IMG/VR virus record: IMGVR_UViG_3300042389_000994
Location: 2,599-66,598 of that record
Length of the DNA stretch: 64,000 nt
Reading direction: 5' to 3' (one strand)
DNA from: a virus
Of this stretch, positions 1-12,600 are shown one piece after another. The notes beneath the pieces were generated by a model, which worked only from the letters and a program-made list of their open reading frames with translations, did no database searches and was not told where the DNA came from. The position numbers were made by a program, and so were the translations under genes. The stretch's first letter is position 1, and each line of letters begins with the position of its first letter.

Positions 1-1
1 A

Positions 2-640
2 CAGGCAGCAAAAGACATTGTTGGTGCATCTTTAGATAAAGCGGTAAAAGTTGGCAGAACACAACAGCCACAATCCCCGAATAAAAAGGGACTAACCGCC
101 GCTCAACTAGGCGCGGTTAACGCTGCAACAAACATTGTGAGTGGAGATCTTAATTCTGCTACCGCGGCATTAAGGGCTTCAAATCCAAATGTTTCAACAA
201 TAACTAGGACTCCAACATCGGTAACCGTAACCTACAATAACGGAAATCCACCATTGACCATTAATCACGGGGGAAGCCTTGCTACATTCTTGAACAATGG
301 TGGGGATAGGATTGTTGGGTCGCCCGGACTTGGTGCTGAATTGGGTGGATATAATGTCCCAGTCGGTATTCCATCAAAAACATATAAGACACCAAACTTT
401 TCTCTAAAATCAAAACAAACACTCATTAGTGAGGTTGGTGATTATTTTGGCGTAGAGGGTGCAGACTTAAATGAATATATCTCTGCCTTGCAAAAAGACT
501 ACAACATTGATATAAGAAGAAGCAAGATGACAAGCGGAAGCCCAGCCTTAGAAGGATATGGTAATAGGGTAAAGTTAGATCCCGATAACCCAGCAAAGGC
601 TATAAGCGTGTTTTTGGATAAGTATGTCCCAGGTAACTAA
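2..640 (+). CDS. C-terminal part of a probable internal virion/ejection protein (5'-truncated)
   Basis: Frame is open from position 2 to TAA at 640, so the listed 137 start is internal. Lies directly upstream of the giant virion protein. Confidence 0.6.
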   Translation, partial: QAAKDIVGASLDKAVKVGRTQQPQSPNKKGLTAAQLGAVNAATNIVSGDLNSATAALRASNPNVSTITRTPTSVTVTYNNGNPPLTINHGGSLATFLNNGGDRIVGSPGLGAELGGYNVPVGIPSKTYKTPNFSLKSKQTLISEVGDYFGVEGADLNEYISALQKDYNIDIRRSKMTSGSPALEGYGNRVKLDPDNPAKAISVFLDKYVPGN

Positions 641-648
641 TAAAGACA

Positions 649-3600
649 ATGGCAAATATTTTTGATGACTTAGAGAATCAAGATGGTTTAGTTGTAGATG
701 AAAAAGAACTTTTAAGGAGAAAACTAGAGGCACAGCAAAACCCGTTTTTAGCCTCCGAGCAGGCTGCTAGCAATATGCCTGCAAGCCCCCTGCAAGAGCG
801 GTTTGACACGGGTATAGTTGAGAGAATGAAAATCCCTACTCTAAAGGGGCAGGATGTTTCTATTGATGAGCAAACGGGATTAACAACAAGTATACCATCC
901 GCAGTTGAGCCAGAGAAAATAAAGACAGAGGCATCCGTTGTGTCAGACGATGACCTTAATTCTCTTGATAAAGGCGGCAAAAAAGACCTTACCGGAACGC
1001 TTGATGATTTGACTAAGAAATTCGGAAAGCATGGAATAACATTTAAAGTAAATGCGGATGGTGGGTACGAAACAGGCAGGTATGAACGAATAGAGGCAAT
1101 AGCGGCCAATCAAACCAAAAAGGTCATCTATTATGATGCATTCACAAAGTCTATTGTTAAGTCCGATGCAAATGAATTGAAATCATTCATCAAGTCAAAT
1201 GCAATAAAGACCAATTATGTACCACGAAATAGGGAAGAAGCGGAAACCATTCAGGCGTACTCCAAGCAAGGACTTGACTATGCCTTAGTCAAGAAGAATA
1301 ACGATGACATGAAAGCATTGGAAACCTCTCTCAAAGAGGCCAATGCTATAAATGATTTAATTGAGTCAAATGCTAGAAAGGCAGCAACTTCAACCGGAAA
1401 AGTGGCTCTTGCGTATAAGGCAAAAGCAAAAGAGTTGGAGTCCCAGTTTAAGAGTGAATACGGAGCAACGCCTCAAGCATATATTGACTCAAACTCCCAA
1501 AAATTAAAATCTCTTCGTGATGTCAAGATATCAAATCTTGATAAAAGCATAAATGCCGATAGAGAGATTCAAGGAAGAGCAAAGGTTCTTGATGAGAAAG
1601 CCAAGGGGTTACTTGGTGAGTCAAATAAATTACTTGAAGAATCCAAAAAGATATCAATAACAGGACTAGGAATCCCTTTGTTCAAAGAAGATGGAAGCTT
1701 CAACGAGGATGGCTTTAAAAAGATTGCCCCGAATGAAGCAAATCAAGGGGTTATAAATCAAATCAGACACAACCTAACACTGTCCGATAACTATCGCAAG
1801 GCTGCCTATTCGGGTAAGCTTCAAGCAATGAATTATCTAAGTTCGCAGCAAAACAAAAACCTGCAGGATCAGTATGTTAGCAATTGGGAGGGGTTTCTCA
1901 ACAACGCAACTAATTCGTATAGAAACGCCGAATCAACCATGCTTTCACTAGCAACATCTGCTGCGAAATGGGCCGGTAAGGAAGAGTTGGCAAAACTATG
2001 GAACGACAGGATGCTTGAACAGATGTACAAGCCACCCTTGGATGTTTCATCTGATCAAGAATTGATTAACCTAATCCGTCAATATGGTGACCCGGATGAT
2101 TACTTGAAATCACTTGGTCCAGATCCATTGAGGGCATTTAACGCAGCGGCCAACATGACCGTTAGCAGTATGCTGCTCTTTCTTCCACAAATGGCTGCAG
2201 CATCGGGGACGGGGGCTGGTATTTCGGGAACACTTGCTGCTCTTGGAACTTTAGCCACCACAAAGAATCCGGCATTGGCTAGACAAGCTTTTGTAACCGG
2301 GGCATCAACGGGTTCTAGAGTCGGAGCGCAATATGTTGCTCCAACAAGTTTGGAGTATTCCACGTCCCTCATTGATGCAATTAGAAAAAAGTATCCAACC
2401 ATAGAGGAGGCGAGAGGAAAGGATTGGTGGAATGACAAGGAGATAATGGATGAGGCGTTGAGAATCGGCGTTAGTAGGGGTATACCCATTACTGGGGCTG
2501 GTGCAATGTTTGATCTTTTATCCAAAAAGTTTGCCCCTTTAGCCACGGCAAGCAAGGCAAGAAGGGTTGGTCAAACACTTGCGGTTGGTGCGGCAATTTC
2601 TCCGGTTATTGAGGGAGCAGGTGAAGCAGCGGCTCAATACGCCTCTGTCGGAGAACTTGACTGGAAAGACATCATTGATGAATCGGTTGGTTCATTAGGG
2701 TCAAGTACTGTTATTCCAACATTGCCATACGAGGTTTACTCTCAATTAAACAAAGACTACTACATCAATCTAGCCGACAAGATGGCTAAGAGTCCATCAT
2801 TCTTAGGCTCTATGGAAGAAAGCATGGAGCAGATAAGGGATTGGACTGGACGAATGAAAGCCACTAGGCAAATAACCGATGATGTTGAAAGGCAGATAAT
2901 GGGTAACATGTCGGCCATCTTGGAAGCGAGGAAGTTGCTCACAAGTCCTGATGCGTCAAATTCGGAGAGAATATATAATCGTCTTTTTGGAACAAAATCA
3001 GCAACAGAAGAAAGGCTATCAAAACTCCTCTTGGCTCAAAAGAAGATGGAGGAAACCCCGAAGATTAATCGGGAACTGCAGAGGAGGATTCAAGAGGAAA
3101 TAGATTACACGGTCACAAATAAAAAGCCAATTGACAAACAACAGGCCGTAAATCTCACTCCAATCATTGGGTCGGAGGGAGCGATGTACAAGATTGGTGA
3201 TACACTTGTCACAAGGGATGATGTCAAAGAGGCATTAGTTGACAAGGAGAAAGCCAAGGAGATGGGATTGAAGGAGGATTTCTCCAACCTATCCATTGAG
3301 AATGATCAGGTGTTAAAAGATGTCGTAAAGCAGGTATCCCCCAAGAAAGTTTTATTCCAGCAACCCGGTGTGTCCGACACACCATCTTCGGGAAAAACCA
3401 TCGTGTTCCACGGTGGTACACTTGAAGGAGAGGGCAATATTTATGTTTCTCCATCACGTGAACAAGCCGCTGAGTACGCGAAAATGAGTATGACCTCAGT
3501 AATGGAATTTGAGGTTGACCCCGAAAGCATGGCTTCAGAGCAAGAGGTTCGTGATGCATTTGAGGAACTTGGGTTGCAATTGCCTGAAGGGTATAATTTG

Positions 3601-6600
3601 GATGAACTATTCCTCTATGAGGCATTAGACACAAGGCTTGATTCTTCGCTGAAAAAAGAGGATATCAAAAAGTTGTATGACTACCTCAAGGAAAAGGGGT
3701 ATGAGGGGATATCCTTTATTGATGAAGACATCTTGGGGAAAGACAAGAAAGGTGTAAGTAATTACATTGTATTTACCAAGGAGTCACTAAAACCCATCAA
3801 GAGGGATACACCAAAAGCATCGGAGGCAGCGAGTGTTCTTGGCAATATTGCTAAAAGCAAAGACATCTTCAACAAGATTGGGGAGATTGTTGCTAACTGG
3901 GTTGATGGCGATATTGAGATTGACGAAAAGACTGGTAATATAAAAATCACTCAAAGTCTTGATGGCAAAAAGATAGTAGGAGTACCTGCATCCAAACTAA
4001 TTGACTTCTTGTTTAGCAATGCTCCATTTGATACAAGAATGTTCCCCGTTGATAAGGAGTGGATTAATACCGTTGTAAGGCTACGTGACTCCATCATTGA
4101 GGAGAACAGGGCGCAAAAGAAAAAGACGAAAGAAAAAAGAGCCGCCAAAAAGGGAAGCATAATTAGTGGAGATGAGGTTGTTGCGTCTGCTGTCAAGATG
4201 GGTACGGATGAGGGTTTCTCCGAGTTTACTCTAAAGAGAATAGCCAAGGAAGACTACACGGAGGAAGAGGTAAGCATTGAGGGATTGTTGATGGGTGACC
4301 CATCATTGAAAGAATATGTTGATGCCGGTCAATTGCGGGATCAATCCGAAGTTACAGCCGGGATTCCTCCAATTGTATCGTCTAATGGCGACGTCATTGA
4401 TGGATACAATCGTATTCTTCAAGCGGTAATGGACGGAAAAGACTCAATCAAAGTTCTAAAGGGAATCCCAAAAGAAGAACCCATACCAAAGAGAAAGCCA
4501 CCGATGCAGAGGTTGATGGATGCGGGAGTGAAAGCCGGTATTTCTGCTAAAAACATGATTGACTTATATAATGTAAATAGGGATGTTTTTGGTCTTAACA
4601 TTAGTCAATCCATAGCGAACGCTATTGTTATGGATAGGATGATGGGAGCGATGGCTAAAAGAAAGGGTGTTTCAAAGGATGAAATATATAAAAGCATAAA
4701 ATTCCAAAATGTAACAGAGGAGTTTATAAAGACACTATCCGAAGAGTCAAAGCCTCTTTTCCAAATGGTAGGAAAGAACGCTAAATTAAAGGCGCAAGTT
4801 TTCGCTGGACTAGAGTTGGCTAAAAAGATGAGAGCAGAAAATGCCGTTCAAAAATTAAGAGCCCCAGACGACCCACCTAAATATACTGACCTTGATATAA
4901 AACGCTCAACTGGATGGGAATTTAATCCAGTAGATAACAAGTGGAGATATGAGATAGATTATGGGAAAACAAAAGATATATCTTTAAATGATAACCTATG
5001 GAATAGTTATGATCCCTCTACGGAAAGGGGTATTGAAAAATCCTTGCTTAATCCACCCGGCATTGAAGTTGATTTTTTAAATGGGTACTTGTCAGACTTT
5101 TTAGATAACCAGGAATTATTTGATGCCTATCCGGATATCAAAGATGTAAAATTTAAAATAAGATTAGCATATAGCGATTCGCTTAACGGTGTGCCTATTA
5201 CCCCGGACGATGTAGACAAATGGGCTAAAGAAGAGTTTACAGGACATGCGACTAGGGGTACATCAATAAGGGATGTAATTGCGATTGGTGGTGAGATTCA
5301 ATTAAATGCCCCCTCTCTTCCAAGTAAGTGGTCGGAAACTGAGCGAATTGATTTTCTCAAGAAGTTTTTTTCTAGGCCGGATACTCGCAATGAAATTTTA
5401 GCATTAATCAATCATGAGGTTCAACATCTAATTCAAATAGAGGAAGGGTTCATTGGGGGTTCATCTGTTCAAAAGAAATACAGAACTATTGATGGGATAA
5501 AAGGCTTAATGAGGAAGCAACCTAGAAGGAGAACTTTTGATAATGATCAAAAAACATTCATTAAAGGTAGGACCATAGAAGACGCTTTAGACGCACTAGA
5601 AACTTGGTATAGGAATAACCCAAATTCAACCAATGAGCAAGCATTGGGATTTCTATATAATGCCCTTTCAGGTACACAAAGAAGTTTAGCGGACGAATTA
5701 CAGGAGCTTAAACGAATTAAACCACATGCTCAAGACAAGATTGGTGAAATAAATGATCGTCTTGATGTTATAGGAATATCACAAAAATTGGTGCTTGATA
5801 TTTACCAAGACATAAAACCCGATGATGACTTAGTTGCCTATTTTGAAAGATTAAGGGGTAGATATTTTGGGACTTTATATAAAAGGAACGTCATCCCATA
5901 CGAAGTATACTACCGCGTTGCAGGAGAAGCTGAAGCTAGAACGGCCGCAGATAGAGGCAGGATGCCCGCTGATATGAGGCGAGCAACACTTATAGCCGAA
6001 ACCACAGCGGGCGTTTCGCTTGCTGAAAGGCTTGCCTTTGCTTATCCTGGAACACTAAAATTCCAAGGTCCACAAGGAGCCGTTGCGATTGGTCAAGACG
6101 CAAGTGCTGTCATTTATGCAATAAGCAATCCCAACGTAACAACACCATTACACGAACTTGCCCACGTCTTTGAACATTATTTGACGGAAAAGGAGCGCAA
6201 GGCCGTGATGAATAGCGCGGGTACTCCGAATGAATGGAGTGTAACTACGAGTGAGTATTTCGCAAGAGGATTTGAGCGGTATTTGGCTGAAGGGGTTGCT
6301 CCATCAACAATCTTGAAATCCCTATTTGAGGCATTCAAGTCTTGGCTTATTGAGATTTACAATGGTATTACGGGGTCAGACATTGACGTTGAGTTGAATG
6401 AGGCAATGCGTGGAATCTACAGCTCTATGCTTGGCTTTGAAAGACCAAAACCAACGATAGCCTCATATTTCTCTGGAGCCGGGACGATGGAGGCTGCATT
6501 TGATGGAGATGTAAGGTCTGGACTTGCGGTGGAGTTTTCTCCAGACTACATAAATGCTTACAATAAAGCGTTTGGAAAAGACTATGAGCCAAGGGATGTG

Positions 6601-9600
6601 AACGAGGTATCCCCACAAGAAATAAAGGATCTTGACCCACTCTTGTTTCATGCATCTCCTGTTTGTAAGAACTACTCTTTAGCCAAAGACCCAAGCCAAA
6701 GAGGAACAACGGATCTTGACATCAAGTCAGCAATATCTGTTGCTTCCGCTATTTCTATGGCCAAGCCACCCATAGTTACAATTGAGAATGTGGGAGGCTA
6801 TAAGGGGGATGTTCCATACAACATCATCATTGAAGCGCTTGAGAAAGCCGGCTATAAGTATGACGCGAACATCTATGACGTGGCGGATTATGGGGGCGTG
6901 CAGACGAGGAAGAGGGTATTGATAAGGGCGATAAGGGAGGGCGAATTACCCCCATTGCCAGATAAGATTGGCCCAAAAGATTGGTATAGCGCCATTGAGG
7001 ATCTGATCCCAAATGCTCCCGACTATGTAATCGGTGAACAGGCCAAGCGAAATATTGACAAAGCAATGGGCAGAAAGCCAGACCCCTTGAAAGACGTGGA
7101 GAGTACGGCTAAAGCTTTGGAAGCGGTAGATAAAGGCAGCGAAAAAGTATTTGATGACATTAAGGCGATGTTCCCAAAAAGAGGCGTTACAGGAGGGATT
7201 GTTATTACTGATTCAAATGGGACTGAGTTGGCAGAGGTAGAATTTACGCAAAGGGATGCTAATTCTATTGAGGTGGAAAATATTGTGAGCAGAGAGGCCG
7301 GAAAGGGGATGGGATATGGCACGAAAGCGCTTCAAATAATAAAGGATATAGCTGATGCGCGAGGGGTAAAGGTGTATTTGTATCCCGAACCAATAAAATT
7401 ACTTCAGTTAAAAGGCTTGACAAAAGATGCTTTAATATCTTTTTACGATAAAAATGGCTTTAAATATTTGAGGGCTTTAGGACAATCGGTATATTCTCCA
7501 AAATCTTCACAAGAGCTATCCAAGGCATACCACAAAGCCAAGAAAGACAGAAGTAATCCCGAATTAGTCAAAGCGGTTGAGGACCTGCTAGGAGCTAAAG
7601 CCGAGCCTACTACCGAAAAAACAGGGACAAAGGCAGGTAGAGCCGAATACGGCAAAATGAAAGATAGCTTTTTTGGCGGAATTGAACCAAATAAGAATAG
7701 ATTATTTTTTGCAGATGCAACTAATGATTTTCAGTATAGGGGAGATAGTCGTGCTGATATTGTTTTAATGCTAGATGGGGCTAATTTTTGGCTAACAGAA
7801 GGGCCCGATGGGTATGTTACAATAGAAGATTTCCAAGTAAGCGAGGACAAATTGGGTACGGGAAAGGGCAAATTCGCTTTATCTAAATTAATTGAATATG
7901 CCGACAGAAATGGTATAACACTAATTGGAGAGCCATTAGCACAAGCAGAAAGAGGAAGAACGCAAAAAGGTCTATCTCAAAAACAATTGATTGAGTTTTA
8001 TAAAAAGAATGGATTTGAAAAAATAAGCAAAGACTCTTTGTCAAAAAACAGAACCGCTGAAGCTAATTATTTAGAAAGAAAACCAAAAGATAGCGCTGAA
8101 AAAACCCAACTAAGTGACTATGATTACTTTTGGCAAAGTAAACTTGGTAAGGATATACAAAAGAGAATTAACATTGGGCGCATTAGAGGATTGAAAGGGT
8201 TTAAAGTAAATAGAAACCAAATCAAACTCTATAAATCATCATTGCCTATCATTGTTATGGGAGAGGGTCAATATGGTCCAATGGCCGCCAATTCGGGTGG
8301 CCCATCGCCGACTCTTGTTAGTTCATCTGCTCAAACCGCTTTCATCGTCCTACCGGAAACAAAACAGTTGAAAGTATTAACGCCAAGGATGATGGCGAGA
8401 ATAATGGATCTTCCAGACACATACACGGTCCCAAGCGACTATAAAACCGCAAAGGAGGTCTTGGGCAATGGTATGAGCGGCGTTTTGACAAGGCAATTCA
8501 TTATGCCTTTGATATTTGGAAACTCCGTCACCTTGGCCAAGAATCCAACCCTTTTGTTCCAGCAACCAGGCGCAAAGCAAAACACCTTTGAGAATGATGG
8601 AACGGCGCTTAATGTAGACGCTAATGCACCAGTTGTTGCCGGAGCAAATCTTCCACCAACAGTCAAAAAAGCGACCAAAGAAATCAATGCTGAATACTAC
8701 GCTGAATATCGTGCGTCAGATTTGATTAAAACAACTCACTCGCCTAGTTCGGCTCTCGTTGGATTAATAAGGTCTTTATCAAGTGGGCAAGTTAGTGGTG
8801 AGGGTATTACAATTAATCTTCCATTTGAAGACAAAAAAACTACCAATAAAATAAATCAACTAACAAGTGAGTATCAAGGATTAGGTGATAAGGTAGCGGA
8901 TAAAAAAAGAAAGCAGGAAATAATTGAAGAACTCAATGATGTAATTAAAAAGTATATGGGAGAGGTCATCAAAAAGATGACCCTTAATGTCTTGGCGTTA
9001 TATGACACACTTACTCCGGCCTTCATTCAAAGAGCAAGAAACTGGTACGCGGGCGCTAATAGGATAGCCAATACAATGGCATCTAAATATGGATTGTCAT
9101 TAGAACAAACAGCAGGTATTCTTGCGGTATTTAGTCCAAAGACGGACTGGCAAATCAATGTATCTCATGCTGAAAGATTGATTGACATAATCCATAACTA
9201 TTCTGATTTAAAGGTTGATAAAAGCTTCATTGGAAAGGTAAGAAAAAAGATTGAGGAAACGAGGAGTGGTGGAGTTTTAAACGATAAAGATGAGGAGTTT
9301 TTAGATTTGCTATCTAAAGCCACATCCTACTACCCTAATGGAATGTCAATAAATGAAATGAGCGACATTGGGTTTGACGAATCAACGCAGGGATTACTGG
9401 TAAGAGCCATAATGACTGAAAAGTTTCCGAAAACATATGCCGAAACTTATCCGGAGGGTGATTTATTTAGAAAGTCAAACAGGGCATACGCTGAGTCGTC
9501 TTATGAATTTATGGGCAAGGCTATTCGTATATACAGAAACAATAGCCTAGGCATTATACATGAAGAGATAGGTGATGCAAACAAGGTTAGAAACTTTTAC

Positions 9601-12600
9601 AACAACATTGTGGACCCATTCTCTCCTGTGCCATATGTAACTGGAGATACACACGCAATAGCTGCGGCTATGGGTATGCCTTTGGCCGCAGATGACGCCA
9701 GCGTTTTAAAGCTGTTTGAAGGAGGTATATCTCCAATGTACACTATGTTAAAAGAGGCGTATATTGCAGCAACCGAGGTCATCAATCAAAATGATGGAAC
9801 TAATTTTCTACCAAGAGAAATGCAGTCTATTGTTTGGGAGGCCATAAGGATGGGTATGAATAACCTATCAACTAAAGAAAGAGAAGAATTGAATGAGGAA
9901 TTAACAAAAAACAAAAAAGAAAACCCTTATGAAAAAACAAGACGAGTCCTTGCAGAATTTAAGCAAAAAGGAATTAGAACAAAAAACCCCGAATGGGGAG
10001 GATCAGGTTTCTCTGTCCAGGTTTCTAAAATTCTGCGAGCAAGTAAAGAGGAAACCAACAAAAGAACTAGCCAAGTTGTGGATGTTTGGCGACAACTACG
10101 AGGAGGAAAAGGGGGAAAACTCACTACCGCTTTGGGTAGAGAATTTAGGGTAGGGTTAAATAATTTCTATGCATCTTTCTTGGCCTCAAGAGGAGATGTT
10201 AGGCGCTCACTTGAGTTGGCTAGATTCTTAAACAAAGCATTCCCCGGCGTTTCGGTGTTTATTGATAAGGAGTCATTTAGCAAAGTGATGAAAGAACCCG
10301 AAACAAAAAAGTTCTTGAATAACAAAAATGACTTGATTTATGGTGTAACCAAAAACGGCAGGATATACATCAATCCCGATGCATTTGCAAGTGATACCGA
10401 CTTGATGGAAACAATGATTCACGAGTTTGGTCATATTTGGCTAAACTACATCAAGGTAAATAATAGGGAACTATACGATCAAGGCATTAAGTTGGTTATG
10501 TCGGACTATCCGGATGAGTATAGAACCGAACTATTATTGAACAAAAACAACAAGGAGAGAGCCGCTGAAGAGGTGTTGGCTGCATTGATAGGAAAAAAGG
10601 GAAGACTCAAGGGTGAAGAGTTAAGGAAAGGAATAGCAATTGCTGCAGGAAAAAAGGAGGGGGCAATAGTTGGATTTTCCAACTGGCTAAACAAGATGTG
10701 GGAGTATGTTCGTAAAGAATTTAGAAGCCTGCGAGGGTTGAGTGTAGAAGAGATTCAAGACATTACTCTAACCGAGTTTATTGATGGCGCTTTATTTGAC
10801 CTATTTAGTGGAAAACCAGTTCCTCAAAGTCAATTAGCATTTGAAAACAGCTTAGTTCAAGAGCCTCAGTTTAGTTCATCCACATCAATGTATGATTTAA
10901 TCAATCAGGCTAGAAATGATGGATATAGGGACGCGGAGATACGGAGGGTTCTTGAGGTCAATGGTTTTGCAGCGGAGGATATTAATGATGCACTTAAAGT
11001 GTACCTTGATGTCCTCACGGTTATGCCTAACTCTTTTGCTCAAGTGCCTGGTGGTGCTTTTGCTGGTCAAAAGATGTATGAATCATTAATGGCCGATGTT
11101 CAAGCATACGCAAAGACAGGCGTTAAATCGGCACAAGTAAGAGAGTACGCTCAAAACAAGTTGAAAGATCAACAATTGTTCAAGGACTCCACTGAGTTCC
11201 AACGGATGGCTATGATGGTTGATTTGGATAAGTCAATAAACATTAGTGCCAACAAAGCCATTACCGCTGAGATGAGAAAGATTCGGGCGGCTATCACTGG
11301 TATTAAGAAAGGCAAAAGTCAAATGAGTGCTATTCAAAGGAGTTTGATTGCATTCATAAAGAAGAGTCTTCCGGTATCAACCTATGAGAAGAAAGATGTA
11401 ATGGACTTGATAAGGAAGATTCAGGCTCTTGACCTAAACAACATTGAACAAATCAAGAGAGAGGTGTTTGATTATGTAACAAAGTTTAGGGTTAAGAACG
11501 AAAAAGAAAGGCTTCAGACATTGCTATCAACCAAATTAGCAAAACTTGAAAGTTCTAGGCTAAAAGGATTGATGAGTGTTGAATTCCAACAGCGTTTTTC
11601 CGAATTGAAATCAAACTTAATGGGCGAGTCCGATGCTTTAACGAACCCATCCAATGTTGAGGACAAGATAGCCGAATTGAATGTGGAGTTTTTAGATGTT
11701 CAAAACCAAGTATTTGCCCAAGGGATGAATGAGCTTTGGGGCAAAATGGAAGACCTCCAGTTCGCGATTCAATACAATTCCACCTTGCTGCTTGATGATG
11801 ACAATCCAAACAAGTTGCTTTCTTTAGAGGAACTTGTAGAAAAAGTTGATGCATTAATTTCTGCTGAAAGATCCTCATTCAAGGATTTCTTGAAGTCTGA
11901 ATCGGAGAGGTACAATGAGATGAAAAACTACTTGTTGTATGATATTTCTTCGGGCAAATACGATATCAACTTTAACAACAAGGAAGAGGTTGAGAACGCA
12001 ATTGCTCAAATTCAAAATGATCAACTTGATGAGAAAAAGAGAAACTGGTTTATGGCAGCCATAAACAGGATTGTCAGCGTTCTTGATTTATCCATTCTTA
12101 ACACCGAAGACCTTGATTCGGTCGTTGATAGAATATCCAAAGTCACAGGACAATTGTTTGGCGGAATTTCACAGGAATTGATAGGGCAAAGGATTGATGA
12201 CTCACGGGATAATTTCATTGCCCTAAGAGCAATGGCAAAAGAAATGATTTCTCAAAATGCCGAAAGAATATTTGGGAAAAACTACCGTGATGTGATGGAA
12301 CGCAATAGTAAAAAAAGCGTTCTTGTAGAAATCAATATGGACACAGTGCCAGCGAAACGAATGGAGCTTAGTCAAAATGAAATGTACTACTTGTACAATC
12401 TATACAAAGACCCAGCAAATCATCCCGGATTCAAAACACTAATGGGTAACTCATACCCAGAAATAATGGATAAAATCATTAGCCAACTTGACCCTCAAGT
12501 AAAGGAGTGGGCCGATTGGCAGGTGAATGAGTTTTACCCAGCAATGTACCCCATTTACAACGAGGTATACAAGTCCATCTATCGCACGAATATGCCTTGG

